DNA from: Negaprion brevirostris
Taxonomy: Eukaryota
DNA: 59,954 nucleotides
Assembly: GCA_030324005.1 (NCBI GenBank)
Contig: JARDVH010000140.1
Span: 15,262,115 to 15,322,068 of the forward strand
Direction: 5' to 3'
The position numbers and the translations under genes are program-made. How positions within the stretch are numbered: the first letter of the stretch is position 1; the number at the start of each line of letters is the position of its first letter. Below the pieces are notes generated by a model, which was not told the origin of the DNA, did not search any database, and saw only the letters and a program-made list of their open reading frames with translations. Positions 27,405-41,469 of the stretch are shown here, piece by piece.

Positions 27405-28199
27405 CTAAAAAAACAAAACGTACGTTACTGGCATTGGCTTATTTAGAAATACACAGGTCCACAATTTAAATCATGTCCTTGGATTGTTCCAAAGTGCTTT
27501 TTTCAAACATAATCATTGTTGCTATACAGGCATATGCAGGACAGCTAATTGGCACAAAGCTAGGATTTGTAAATAGCAAATAGTTTAACATCCAGTTAGT
27601 CCTTCTTGAAGTGGTTTCAGTTGAGAGAAGAATGTTATTGAGCTCTTTCTGCAATTTTTTATAATCACCCAAACAAGTAGAAGCAGTCTCAAGTTAATGT
27701 TTCAACAGAAAAAAAGCAGGAATAGATCATTCAGTCTCTGAAGCCATCCTGTTTGGCTTCACCGTTTTTTTGGCATGTGGGCATTTCTGGCACATTCTTC
27801 ATCCCTAATAGCCCTTGAGAAAGTTATGGCAACCCACCTCCTTGAATATGACTGAATGACTTGCTAGACCATTTAAGAGATAACCATCCAGCTGTGGGTC
27901 TAAAGTTACATATTGGCCAAACCAAGTTGGAATGGCATACTTCCATCGCTAAAGGATATTAGTGAACCAGAAAGGTTTTCACTACAATCCAGTAGCTTCA
28001 TGGCCACTGTTGCTGTTTTTCCAAATGCATTTATTTGAATGAATTAAATTTTTCAGGAAATACAATCATGTTTCAGGGGGTCGTTAGTCAAGGCTTCTGG
28101 ACTACTAATCCAGCAACGTAGCCACGATACTATCACCTACTTTCGGACCCCTGGCTTGAAAAAAATAGACTTATTTCAGATTTTAAATGATTTAAAATA

Positions 28200-29420
28200 A
28201 AAACTTGCACTCTACGGCATGGAGACAGGCCCTTCACCCCAAACTGGTCCATACCGACCAAAAGGCCTAACTAAGCCAACTCCATTTGCCTGCATTTGGC
28301 CCATATCCCTCTAAATCCTCCCTATCCATGTATCTGTCCAAATGCCTTTTAAATGTTGTCAATATCCCTGCCTCAATCACTTCCTCTGGCAACGTATTCC
28401 ACATAAGTACCATCCTCTGTGTAAAAATGCTACTTCTCGCTTTCCCCTTTTAACCTAAACCTATATTCTCTAGTCCTCGATTCCCCAACATTGGGAAAAA
28501 GACTGAGGGCATTCACCCTATCCATGCCTCGAAGCAAAGGGTTATATAGGGATCTTTACAAGAACCAGATGTGTTTCAAAGTGCTTTATAGTCAATGAAG
28601 TACTTTTGAAGTACATCACTGTTGCAATATAGGAAATGCAACAGCCAAAATGGGCACAGCAAACTCCCAAAAGCGACAATGTGCTAATGACCTGATAATC
28701 TGTGTGTATGTGTGATGTTGATTGAAAGATAAATAGTGGCNNNNNNNNNNATGAGAGAGAATTTCACAGTTCTACCAGCTTGTGTATGAAGAGGTGTCCT
28801 AACATTTCTTCTGAATGGTCTGACTCTGATTTTAAGGTTATGTTGCCTTATTCTAGACTCTCCAACCAGCAGAATACGTTTCTCTAACAAACCTATCAAT
28901 TCCTTCCAAAATTATAAAAACCTAAACAAATCTGTATTTAACCGTCTATGTCTCAGGCTATGTAAGCCAAGTTTATTAAAGCTCTCCTTCTAACCTAACC
29001 TTTGGAACCAGGGAACACTGAATTCGGACCTTGCAAGGCTGACATATCCTTTTGGATGCCTAGAGCTGCACACAATACTCCTGGTGAGGTCTAACCAGGG
29101 TTTTGTATATCTTTGAAGCCAAATGTCCTTCCCTTCTTATTCTAACATTCCAGCCAATCAGTTCTTCCAATTTTCACTTGTACCTGAATACTATATTTCA
29201 ATGATCTGTTGCTAGGGCCCTAAATTTTGGAATTCCACTCTTCCTAACTTTCCACCATTTAAATAATATATAATAATAATAATCATCTGTCCTTTTTAGT
29301 CCAAAAATGAATTATCCCATTCATACCTGCATTGAAATACATTTGTCACAGTTTTGCCCAATTAATCGATCAGTACTTCTTTGTAATTTTATATTTCCAT
29401 GCAAACAACATACACTACCA
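28200..29420 (-). mobile_element. Cluster of decayed CR1 LINE fragments
   Basis: CR1-type tail at about 28200-28530; RT C-terminal remnants (GESRIRQHNLKIRVRPFR) at 28750-29400. Confidence 0.65.
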
Positions 29421-29939
29421 ACTTTTGGGTTATCATTAAACATGGATAGTTCCACAAAGCAGCTTATTAAGGAAATTTGAAGCTAGATGGTTTGTTCAAA
29501 CCCTGATTAGGCAATGATCAGTTATTTTCTGACTTAGAGGTGTCACTGCTATAAACCAAATCAGGTTGAAATTCAGTAGCTTTATTATGAAATATAAGGC
29601 TAACTTATCGTCTGGGTGTGGATGCTGTTTGCTAATGGCCACACTCTTTTTTGGAAGAAGTCTGATTTTCCTTTGTACTCCAGATCCCACACCATTCTCC
29701 TGTGGCTTTTTTGAGGTTCAGGAATGTCTAGTTTGCAAAATGGACCCCCCACATCCTTGCTGAGGTCAGGTACTCCATTTTAAATGCGGCCCAAATATCA
29801 GACTTGCATCTATACAATTTAATTTATGATGATCACATAAGTAAAATTTAATCTCTTCCCACATGAGTTTCGGAAATCATTATCAGAATTCCATGATCAG
29901 CATTCCAAAATTTCATTTACTTAGAATCAGAATATGATC

Positions 29940-30228
29940 ATAGCGAGGGGGATTGAATATAAAAGTAGGGAAGTCTTGCTGCAACTGTACAGGGCACTGG
30001 TGAGGCCGCAGCTGGAGTACTGTGTGCAGTTTTGGTCGCCGCACTTGCGNNNNNNNNNNNNNNNNNNNNNNNNNNNNNNNNNNNNNNNNNNNNNNNNNNN
30101 NNNNNNNNNNNNNNNNNNNNNNNNNNNNNNNNNNNNNNNNNNNNNNNNNCCATGATCTTACTGAATGGCGGGGCACGCTCGAAGGGCTAGATGGCCTACT
30201 CCTGCTCCTATTTCTTATGTTCTTATGA
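29940..30228 (+). mobile_element. CR1 LINE 3' end (young family, collapsed into a gap)
   Basis: IARGIEYKSREVLLQLYRALVRPQLEYCVQFWSPHL; tail nearly identical to 20036-20110. Confidence 0.88.
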
Positions 30229-30396
30229 TTGATTATTCAGTTTCTACAAATTGTAGTCGAAGACTCATACAATCATTTTGTGCACTGTATTCCTTCAATA
30301 TTATCCATAGTGTATTTAATCTATTGGATTTTCACAAAGATTGTTATTGTTCTATAATATTATTACATATTTTTGAACAAGTAAAGCACATCTTAC

Positions 30397-30501
30397 CAAA
30401 ATATCAGGATGATTGTACACAGTAAGATTTTTGGGTACTAAAGACACATCATCCACCAATAACAAATCAATAGTGGTTGTTACTGGCAAAAACAAAACAT
30501 C
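30397..30501 (-). CDS. NUP210L: NUP210L-like exon 7
   Basis: CAG|GAT...TTG|GTAAGA; 105 nt; DVLFLPVTTTIDLLLVDDVSLVPKNLTVYNHPDIL. Confidence 0.9.
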
Positions 30502-30789
30502 CTGCAACGCAAAACAAAAATGAACTTATTTGACATGTATATATGGGTGAAATGGGTTTAGTATTATTTAAAACATTTGCTTTCCAGGTACAAAGAATGC
30601 ATGTTACCCCTTTGTAAAGAATCTTAAACAAAGAACACAGATCTACCAATCTGTACATCCATCCCAGTTTTTTCTCGAACTGTAATACATTATTGTAAAC
30701 AAAAGATGCAAACATGTTTCATTTTCATTTGATAATTTACCTTAAAAGAAGTAATTCACTTAATGTCTGGGATTGGCTGCCTCTTATAT

Positions 30790-31738
30790 CACAACAGATT
30801 TGATCGACTATAGCATCAAGGAACCCTAACAAAATTTAAAACCTTGGGAAAGCTGTCTATTGGTTGGAGTCGTACCTATCACAAAGGAAGATGGTTGTGG
30901 CTGCTGAAGTCCAATCATCTCAGCTAATCACAATAGTAATCTGTTAAGGCAGAGTCCTAAGTTCAATTATCTTCAACTGTTTATCACCTTACTTTCACTC
31001 CATCATAAGATCAGAAGTGGGAATATTTCCTGATGACGAAACAGCATTTACATTTGCAACTCCTCAGTTAATGATGCTGTTTGTGCCTGCGTACTGCAAG
31101 ACCTGAACAATACTTAGGACCAATAGGTAGCAAATAACATTTTTCCCACACAAATGCCAGGCAATGTCCACCTCCAAGGAGAGGTTAACCATCTCCCCAT
31201 GACATTCAATGGCATTATCATTGCTAAATGCCTGACTGTAAATATCCTGGCAGTCACCATTGACCAGAAATGTAACTGGACTCAACCAGTTAAACCACAT
31301 AAATACTTGAGATTGGGAATTCTGCACCAAGTATCTCACCTTCTGACTTCCAGAGTCTGTCTATCATCTATAAGACACAATTCAGGAGTGTGATGGAATA
31401 TGCTCCACCTCTCTGGATAATTGTAGCTTGAACAAAACCCAAGAAGCTTGACACCATCCAGCAGAAAGCAGCTTATTTGATTGGCAGCCTACATCCACCA
31501 CCTTAAATATTTACTCCCTTCACCTCAGGCTGCAGTTTGCAGGATGCACTACAGCAGAGCATCAAGGCTCTTCAGATATTTCAAACCCCTGATCTCTACC
31601 ATACAGAAACTTCCGGGACAAGGACCACAGCTGTATTTTAACATCTCCAAGTGCAAATTCTCCTCCAACTCACACACCATCCTGACTTGGAAATATATTG
31701 CCGTTCCTTCACTGCTGCCAGGTCAAATTCCTGGAATA
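30790..31738 (+). mobile_element. Decayed CR1/L2-like LINE RT fragment
   Basis: WLESYLSQRKMVV, IIRSEVGIFPDD (FADD-like), ILAVTIDQKCNW remnants. Confidence 0.7.
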
Positions 31739-31739
31739 T

Positions 31740-32481
31740 ATATTAGAGACCAGATCAGGAACTCCAAGGTATATTACAAAGTTAGCCTAGAACCCACAAA
31801 TTTGATTTTGGCATAAGAGGTTTGTGCGTAAGGGGTAAACTTTTACGACCTTGCTTGAGTGAGACCGGAAATTCCCACCCAAGGTCAACAGACATTTCTG
31901 TTGTTCACCCCTTGCCCACTTTGATTCCGTGGTGGGCGAGGTGGTAGAATTCTAGTGAAGGTGTTTCACTCCAGGTATGATTTGATTGACCTATTAGGAA
32001 GCTTTTATTAAAATAAATATTATTTAGATTTCCAAACTTTTAACCCCTCTGCACAAACACAGAAAGACATCTGCCTTCTGACTCCCATACAGCAGTTTTC
32101 AGAGAAAGATCTACCTTCAAGCAGCAGAGAAAGAGACCTAGTTTCTGGCAGAACCCAGTCTCCAGAAAAGGAAAGAGCTACTTCTCTATACAGCTCCTAA
32201 GTAGCAACTGAATTAGGTTTCTCTCTGTGAGCTTAGCTCCATCCAGTCACATGATTCAAGCCCCACTCTGAAAAACCTGAGAGGAAAACACTAAAATAAC
32301 AACCTGCATTAGTCCAGATTAAAACAGATATTTTAGCAACGAAGATTGATTATGCTGCTGCAGTAACAACAGGGCTGCTGGATAGAGACAAAACAGCACC
32401 GATAATAAACTAAACTGCTAAAACAAATCCTGCACAAGAAACATAAACCAAATATATTTCTTAAAGGCACAGTATCATCAC
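31740..32481 (-). mobile_element. Probable solo LTR with a nested MITE (31832-31958)
   Basis: Minus strand begins TGTGATGATACTG, carries AATAAA and ends ...GGTCTCTAATA; no internal coding sequence. Confidence 0.5.
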
Positions 32482-33129
32482 ACCTAACAACACTGAGGTG
32501 TAGTTACATGGCAAGGATCGTTGCAGTTAAGAAGGAAGATCAGCATCACCATTGCAAGGGCAATCATGGAAGGGAATCAATTCTGTCCTTGTCAGCGATG
32601 CCTAAATCCCACGAATGAAAATATTTCCTGTCAAATAATAGCTTCATTGCTGTCTGATCAAAATATCCACATGATACTCATAAACAAAAGGGCAGAAGTT
32701 AGCCATTGATGGTTAAAAAGGCTGCAACCTAGTCTTCCAATCTTACCTCCTTCCTTATGTGCTCTAATTTTAAGCTGCTCTTTTCAACCCACCAGAGAGA
32801 CATCCGCCAAGGTAAAGAACAATTGGGTCAGAAGTGGCTCAGAAGGGACTTTTTTTTTTCAACAAGATTTTTTTGTTGTTGGTTTTTTTTGTGGCGAAGA
32901 AACAAGAGTGTTTCTGCTTCACTGGACCCCATAGCTTGGGTCAGCCATGTCCTGGGCTCCTCTTACTCTATCTCCTCAGATTACTCGAGTATAAAGGATT
33001 ATTCCTTCAANNNNNNGGCTGAGACTGTCTGACATAGAAACCCAACTCCTGCCAGTTATGCTTCCTATTGCATTTGGGTGGAGAAAGTAATCTATGAGGC
33101 AGAGGTTGTAATCTTCCAGGTCTCAGCAA

Positions 33130-36100
33130 GAGGTCAACCACCTGTGCCTTGTTGAAGTCATTATATGCACCCCCTCCCCCCAAGTCCAAGGAATCTTGGT
33201 GGTTTGTGTACCTCATGGGTCCCTTGTGACATTTCAATGCTGGCTCTGTATCCTCCAACTTGGCATCTGATCTGGGAGAAGTTATCTATCAGATGCCTAC
33301 ATGTTTCTTACGTTACGAGCGCCAGAGTTCTAGTTTGCCCTTTCCGTAGCTGTGGCTTCATCTGCAGTATCCATTTCAGATTCCCAGGTCTTATCTAAGG
33401 GTGACAGAGAGGCGGGGCTGGCCAATCTAGAGGATTCTCCTTAGTTTTCTGCCTACTAGGCATTGTTGGCTCTGGGATGTACTGTGATTTTGAGGTCTGC
33501 ACCTGGTCCAGATGGTTTTTCAAGCTGGCCTCACCTAGACTCAACATTTCCATGTAACCAATCAAAATGATTTGCATAATTCTTTATCCAAATGTTTTCA
33601 CTGGCCTCCAGTTGTCTCTCCCAGCTGCTACTGTTGTGGCCTTTGCGTTGAGCTTTTTGTTGTTTTTCTGCTCCAACCCCCTCCAGTTTGGGAATAGCAA
33701 ACTTAATCTGGTGCGGAGTCATCTCAACATGAGCAATTCTGCGGGTGCGATTCCTGCAGCGGCATGGGTATAGCTGTCCTCTAATGAAATAACCAATGGG
33801 AAATTTTGGTGTCCATTGATGCTGCTGGCTGTTTTTTAAACCAGCCGTTAAAGTCTGGACCGCTCTTTTTGCAAAGTAGATCATTGATGGATGGTATGAT
33901 GCTGACCTGATGAACTTCTGGCTGGTGAAAGCTGGTCCATTGTCAGACACTAGCATTTCTGGGATTCCATACGTCGAAAATGAGACGGGAAGTTTCTCTA
34001 CTGTTATTATTGTGTTTGCCTAATGTATCCTATGTATGTCCTTCCACTTGCACTGGGCATCTACAATGACCAAGAACATCAAATGTGCCTGCATAAACCA
34101 TTTCAGCTGACTCCATGATCTACCTGGCTATTCCCACAGGTGTAAGGGAGGTGCTGGTGGCAACTTCTGTCCTTGCTGGCATTACTTGCACCAACCAATA
34201 AGCACCGCTAGGTCTGCATCCATTTCAGGCCACCAAACGTAGCTCATGGCTAGTACCTTCATTTTGGATACCCCTGGGTGGCCGTAATGTAGTTCAGCCA
34301 GAATGGCATTGCAGCCTTGACTCAGAACAACCACTCTTGCGCCCCATAGCAGTACTTCATCTTCTATCCTGAGCTGCTCGCTTCTACTCAAATAAGGGTG
34401 GAATTGGGGAACTCGGCTTTTTGGCTGGTCCTCCAACTGATAACTGTAAGCCACCAATAATAATGCTCATCACTGGATCCAGGCCTGTGCTACTGATGGC
34501 ACTGCTTTGTCTTCTTAGTAGTCCCAGTAGTGGCTTGTGATTAGTGACAATTACAAATTTCTGCCCATAAAAGTATTGATGAAATTTCTTCACTCCACTT
34601 ACTGCCAATTGTTCTTTTTCAATGTGGGCGTACTTTCTTTCTGCTATAGCTAAGCCCCTGGAGGCATATGCTTCTGAGCGTTCCTCTCCATTTGGCCATC
34701 TATGTGCTAATACTGCCCTGATGCTGTATGGAGATGCATCACAGGTTAGCACAAAATCTTTTCTAGGATGAGAATATTCTAAGACATTTGACAATGACAG
34801 TTGTTACTTTATTTCCTTAAAAGCAAGGTCTTGAGGGGAGGATCATTCTCAAACTTGATCCTTTTTTAGCAGTTACTGTAGCGGAAAATGGTTTGGTATG
34901 AATTTTCCACAGTACGTCATCCCTGTAAAAACGACCATAACTTCTGGATGGAGGTGGGAGCTGGGGCGTCTATAATCACCCAAACCCGGTCCTCTAAAGG
35001 GTGTAAACCTGACTTACTCACTTTGCAACCCAGACAGGTCATTTGAGATACCAGGAAGATGCATTTCTCCCTCCTTAAGCACATGCTGGCTCTTGAAAAA
35101 TGACTAAGGACTTCCTTTAGGTTCTGCAGGTGTTCTACCGTTGTTTTACCTGTAATAAGTACATCATTCAGATAAATGGCCACCTGAGGTAAAACTTGTA
35201 ATATGTTCTCCATTGTTCTCTGAAAAATCGAGCAGGCTGATGATACTCCAAAAGATAACCTTGTGCACTCACAGAGGTCCTTTAGCGTATTGATCATGGA
35301 ATATTTCTGTGAATTCTCATCCAGCTGCAACTGTAAATAAATCTGACACATATTTAATTTCAAGAATAAGAGTCTCCCTGCCAAGTTTGCAAATAAATCC
35401 TCAATCCAAGAATCAGGTATTTGTCCAGCTATGAAAAACAGTTTATCGTTTGTCTGAAGTCCATGCAAAGACAGACTGAACCATTTGGCTTCAAAATAGG
35501 CACCACCATGCTGCCCATTCCACAAACTGGACAGATTTTATGATCCCTTTTCATTCCAGTCTTCTAATTTCTGTCTCCACTTCTTCCCTTAAAGCAAACA
35601 GTACCAGGTGGGCCTTACAAAATCACGGGATTGCGTCCTGGTTGTCAAGTGATGCCGCTTTGGCATCTTTTATGGTTCTTAGTCCTTTTCTGAAAACTTC
35701 CGGGTATTTGAGTAGGACTTCACTCAAGTGACCATTTTCTAACTGAAAAATGTTTACCCGATCCAGGTGGATTTCTCTCAATCAGTTTCACCCTATTAGG
35801 CTGGGGTCCCAAGTCCTCCGCTACCATTAATGGTAACCAAACTAGTACTTTTCTTACGAGACAGGAACAAAGGTTGTACCCACAACTCTCGGAGGTTCCC
35901 TTGTGTAAGTCCTCAGTCTTACCAAAATCTTAATTATAGTTAAGGGTTGGAGTCCAGTGCGAACTTTATTTAACACTGATTTGCTAACCACCGATACAGC
36001 TGCACCTGTATCAACCTCCATTGATGCTGGACATCCATTTAATGTTAGTTATCTTAATTGTGTCCAATTTGGACATTGCTGTGCAGTTTAATTGTTGCCC

Positions 36101-37199
36101 ATTGTATGTGGGTGGACTTTCCAGGGTGTGCACTCTCCTGGACACTGGCCTACATGTTGTTTTCTTAGGTCTTGAAAACTTATTTTGCAGTTCCAACTCA
36201 GCATATTAGCAACAGTTACAATGCCTTGCCTGGTGGGATTCTGAAGGGACTGTTGACTGGTCAAAGATTGGGTTTGCTTTGGAGCTGTCCTGTGACAGAC
36301 CTGGGTTTACCTGTATCCAGATCCTTCCTGAGGGAGACTATGTACCAGGTAGGCCTTGCACTCATGTGGTGGTCCCTGTACTCAGTCGAGTTGGCGTGGG
36401 TGTCCACTTTCATCAGGATATCTTGCAACTCATATGCCCCACTTGCCGTATTTTCCAACCATAAGGCCATGTGTAGCACCTGTTTGAAGTCCAGTTGGGC
36501 TTCTGCCAACAGCGTTTTTGGATAGTTATATTATTTATTCCACATACCCAAATTCACAAGATTCTGCCAGTCATCTCAACCATGCTAAGAAACCTGTGAC
36601 AGACTCCCCCTTCTCCTGGATTGCCAAGTAAAATCTATACGTTCTCAGGATCAGATGTGGCTTAAGGACATAATATGCCCTCACTAAGTCTACCAATTCC
36701 TGGAAGGTTTTGATATCTGGTGCGACTGGGAACGTTAAGATGCAACTAATGGCAAATGCTGATGGTCTGCAAGTGGTCAGAAGAATAAACCATTGCTTTT
36801 CATCTGCCACAATGTCATGCACCCTAAAACATAACATATGCATTCAACATATGCCCAGTCCTCCACAGCAGGGTCAAAAGAGTCCAGTTTCCCAAACAGA
36901 GACACGATGTTTGAAAATGGCTTACCCCCAGGCAAAGCCAACTGTTTGTGAACAAGTCCCTTAAGGTCGTTATTCCTCCCCGTTGCCACTAAAATAACTC
37001 CCCAGAGAACGGTGTCCCTTTACCAGATTCCTTTTATTTAAAAACTCTATTCCATTCCTAGAGTACTTCTGGTACACAATCAGAATCTGGAGTGCCAGAA
37101 GACCTAACACTCCAGGTGAGGCTCCCTGATTGGGCAGGCAAAATCAGGGAATTAATGCTCCTAGAGGCCAACCTTATGTGCCTCGTTGAAGTCATTACA
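33130..37199 (-). mobile_element. Near-full-length decayed Ty3/Gypsy LTR retrotransposon (A)
   Basis: 5' LTR starting TGTAATGACTTCAAC (37199), PBS-like TGGCAACG (36988), gag, protease EVDTGAAVS, RT YLND, RNaseH LTCDASPY, integrase LHYGHPG/VSDNGPAF, PPT GGGGGAGGGGG, 3' LTR start TATAATGACTTCAAC (33165). Confidence 0.9.
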
Positions 37200-39090
37200 G
37201 AGGGGTTTTGGTTTTGTTCACAATAGGGAAATTGTCAGCAGTGATAAGATTGCTAGTCCTTTTGGACTCAGCGATGCACCGATAGCGGTAGGGCCAACAT
37301 CAGAAGCTAGAAAGGGCAGTTCATCTCAATGTGGTTCTGACAAGCCACTGTAGGCAGCCAGTAACTGGTCAGCATGGTGTCTTCAAATCAATTCATCCTT
37401 GGTTTGGACTATGTCCCGTTCGGGCAAAGGTAAGTGCAGGAATCCACTTTCTACATGTAGTAAAGCTTGTACAACACATGCTTCCCTTTGTGAAACAAGC
37501 GTCATTTAGCACTCACTTATCTCCTGGCTATTTGCAACTGTTGGTTTTGCTCTACTGTTGCTGATGTCTCTCAGGGTATTAAAAGATCAAATGTCGTTCT
37601 CAGCTTCCTCTTCATGAATAACACGGGGGTTGATTCTGCATGGTCACATGTAGTATTCCTGTAGGATGCCAGAAAGCTATTAAGATGTTGAGATAATGAT
37701 TCTTGGTCTCGAGAAGTTTTCAATCCATTTTTCAGGGATCGCACAAATTGTCCAGCAACCCATTCATACCTGGATGGCAGGGGTTATGTTGGATACCTCT
37801 CCCATTGAGGTAATCTTGTGACATAAAATGTGGTCCATTGTCACTGACAATTTGTTCCAGCTTGTGAAGAGCTCCAGTTTCTCGATGGCTTTTTCTGTGT
37901 TGCTGGATTTCACCACAACCATTTTTAACCTCTTCAGAGTGTGCATCGAATACAACCAACAGCATGTACCTCTCTACTGGAATGGCTAAATCAATATGTG
38001 CATGTGGCCATGGCATTTTAAGCTATTCCCATGGGTGTAGAAAGTGACAATGGTGATGAGTTCCACACACAAGCAAATAACTCGCATTGTCCCACTTTTC
38101 CTTCTTTCTTGGCGTCCTGACCTGGCCACCAAAAGTAACTTCAAGTAAGTTCCTTCAACCAGACCATGCCAGGGTGCCTTTCACGTAGCTGCTTCAATAG
38201 TTTTTATCATAAGTTAGGAAGGACGATCACTCTGATTCTCCACAACAAGCACTGCCTTGGACTGTCAACTCTTGCTTCCATGACACACGTGGTTTGAGAT
38301 CAGGATTCATTCCTGTTTGCCTTCCCTTCAACACCATATCTAGTACTTTCGCTATCACAGTATCATTTCTGGTATTTCACTGGACTCGTGACACTGTCAC
38401 TGGTGCATTACCTATTTAGAAAACATCAAAAATGTTGGGAGCATTGCTCAGTGGCACAGGGGTGGCCAGCAATAAAGGGAAACTATGCTAATATATCCGC
38501 GTAAGCGTGGCTCTGATTGCCGATACTTTATGTCGTTTGATTGGGCTGACAAGATGAGGGACCATTTTTGCAATCTACAGCAGCGAGTGAAGGTACACCT
38601 TTATGAGGCCCAGAAATGGTTATCAATGGTCAGTGATCTGTCAATAGTGTGAAATGTCAGCCATACAGGAACTTCTAGGCTCCAAAAACTATACTCAATG
38701 CCTCCTTCTCCAATTGAGCAGTTAGATTCGGCACTTGTCAATGTGCTGAAAGCAAATTATATTGGCCTGTTCAGCCCTGAAGGTAAAATGTGTGATAGGA
38801 CTGCCACTACTCCGTAGCAGAAGTATCACAAGTGAGTTGCAAACATAATTTAGATTTAAATGAATTAAGACTTTAAACTACTGCCAAGCTTCCTTCACTG
38901 CCATGTGTACTTCCTTGCATTTGAGTATCCAGTGCTAACACTGTTTAATGCAGAATAGCTTATGTAATGGTTTCAACAAGGTGACGAATTTACCATAATA
39001 GTTGACTAGACTTAAAAATGGCCTATTGCATCACAAACTTTGTATGTGGAGCTTCCATGATAGTTTGCAGCTTCTTTGGTGCTTTATGTA
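37200..39090 (-). mobile_element. Second decayed Gypsy pol fragment (B): RT C-terminus, RNaseH, integrase
   Basis: LVNYYGKF, LTCD, YFWWPG, WPHAHIDLA, VSDNGPHF motifs with many frameshifts. Confidence 0.8.
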
Positions 39091-39360
39091 GTCCTTTGTT
39101 CTTGATAAGTTGGATCATATTTTCAAGAAACTCAATTCAGGTAGGGATATTATTGATTTCACTCTTTTGGGTGAGTTATTCATTTCACATTCTTTTCAAA
39201 TTCTTCCAATATATCTCTTATAGGAGTGACCAAAAAAATTTCAAAAACTAAGTTCACCATATCACTTAAGCGGAAATTATTTTTAAAAACAAACATTATT
39301 TAGGCACTTAAATGTTCTGCAGGATTAGCATAGTTCAAAGCTACTTTATCATTGACTTAC

Positions 39361-39464
39361 AACAGGGCTTTGAGCCAAGGCAATATCAGTCTTTCGATAG
39401 CCAACCAAATATACTGAAATGGACACTGTTCCCTTTCGCTTGTAAACTATAACCATGCGATGGC
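39361..39464 (-). CDS. NUP210L: NUP210L-like exon 6
   Basis: CAG|GC...GTT|GTAAGT; 104 nt, phase 1 to 0; HRMVIVYKRKGTVSISVYLVGYRKTDIALAQSPV. Confidence 0.85.
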
Positions 39465-39593
39465 CTGTTGGTCAAAATGAATGCACTATAGTAAATCTTT
39501 GAATATAATATGGATTCAATTTGGGCTGTGAAACGTAGGAAGTTAGTATCATATACACTCCCATTTTTGAATTTCTTTAGGAAAGATCATTGT

Positions 39594-40172
39594 TGGACTG
39601 GATTTTCATTCTACAGTCATGAACATGGAATTACTAGCAGCAACATTCCGGAAACTATTGCTAAGGAAACAGCCGAACAAGCAGCCTCTGGAAGCACTGT
39701 CCAATTAAGGATAGCAGGTAGGCTCCTGAGGCTGGAAGGTCAATTGAAGATCCTTGAGCACTGTCAAAGATGGGAGCTGTTGACATAGCTGGGAAATAGG
39801 AGCCCCTCAAGATGGAGGTTCCCACTGGAGATAAAATAAAAAGTGGCCACAACTGCCAAACCAGTACTGTGGAAGGCAAACTTGTCCAAAGGACTGACTG
39901 TAACAGCAACTGTGTCCATCTCACAATCACGGTCACAATTGGCTGGGGTGGGGTGGCAATTCTAGGTGGAGTGGGGCCCCTGGTCTACAGTTGGGAGGCA
40001 GCTTCCATTCGTCAACCTAAGCACAAGGGGTTCAACTGTCAACTGGAAAACTCTAGTTACTGTCTACACAGTGGCCTCAGAGGCACTGTAAGGGGCATGA
40101 GTGACTACCTGGCACTTGCTGTCACACTCACACTATTCCACTGCCCAAAGGAGCTTCTTTGAAAATGGCCCC
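39594..40172. mobile_element. Non-autonomous Harbinger-type element
   Basis: GGACTGGATTTTC ... GAAAATGGCCCC termini and a GC-rich interior; similar GC-rich islands with such ends at about 3740-4287, 6248-6993, 7000-7495, 25040-25480, 43168-43400 and 46389-47120. Confidence 0.45.
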
Positions 40173-41469
40173 AAAGTAAGAACAGGCTTGCAAATCGGTG
40201 CGCCAGCTGGCAGGGAGAAATCGCTGTGTGCCTATCCTGCTGAGATCTCATTACAATATATTTCAATGAAAAAGTTTCCAAAACCAGTGATTGCAGACCC
40301 ATGTTCCAAGAGTAATTTAAGACAAAGAAAGAGGCATGTCTCCTGCCAAAATTTGTTGATATTGTCAAGAGTGCTTTAGTGTCTGTAATCCGAAGCTAAA
40401 AAATGTGATTTTTGAAGTTACGAGAGCTTTTGAAGCATTTTCATCGCGTTGTGTCTCGGCAGTTTTACCTTCCCTCTGACAGCCCAAGAGGGTGTACCAT
40501 TGGGAATGTTTTCTCTCCAGCCAACAATGTTCCAATAAATTTATGATATTTCCAAAAGACATGCTCTTATTCCCTATTTTAGCAGGGTACGAACAGAAAT
40601 TATGCTTAATGTAGGAAACGGTATTTAAAGATCTTCCCCATTAGAAAACACTCTTTTACACAATCGGCAGGGGTTTGCTGTAAAATGGGCTGTTTAAGTC
40701 TGTCGTACCACATCTTTACCTCATTGATTGAAATCATGAAACTCATTTGTTGTCACACTGTTGTCAACAGGCACTCTGATATTCCATTAAACCCTTCATA
40801 ATGGCCCTGAATTTCCATGGAATGGCAATCAGTCCACTCCCTGTTTGTTACTCTGAAATACAGTTGCTCTTTCTCGCCCAATTTTCAACTCACCCAGGTG
40901 GGAACTGCTTAATGCAGAGCCTTCCTGAGGCTTTGCATCGAGGGCTAGGGAGGTGACGGTAAAGAGGTCATGCACATATTTTTATGGCACCAGCCATGAA
41001 GTTCATTTAAAGGACCATCCACTTTTAAAAGCCAGGGCAAGGTTCCTGGTGGATCTCCCCAGTGGCTGGGTGAAGGGAGGCAGGGAAGAGGGGAAGAGAG
41101 CAGTTAGAGTGTGTGTATGTGTGTGATGGTGGGGGGGTGGGGGGGCAGGGCAGGGCAGGGGTGTGNNNNNNNNNNNNNNNNNNNNNNNNNNNNNNNNNNN
41201 NNNNNNNNNNNNNNNNNNNNNNNNNNNNNNNNNNNNACACTTCCTGCTACAATCAGAACCATCCGATGTTGGCGATTTATGTTGCACTTTTGGATGGTTC
41301 TGATTGCAGGGCAATTGCCTAAATGAAGTTTGATCTTCAAGGACAATTGTTCTGTGGAAACCTCCAGGGGTGGGAGGGTGTCATTGGGGTAATCCCAGCT
41401 ACACTGGAACTCAAAGGTTTTAGGCCAATATCTTTACATTTTTGGGTGGTTATACTTAGTATACATCAC

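Noticed and set aside
34917-35525. 202-aa and neighbouring ORFs as functional or domesticated genes
   Set aside because: They are Gypsy RT/RNaseH debris: catalytic YxDD is mutated to YLND and there are many frameshifts. The same applies to 59276-59944.
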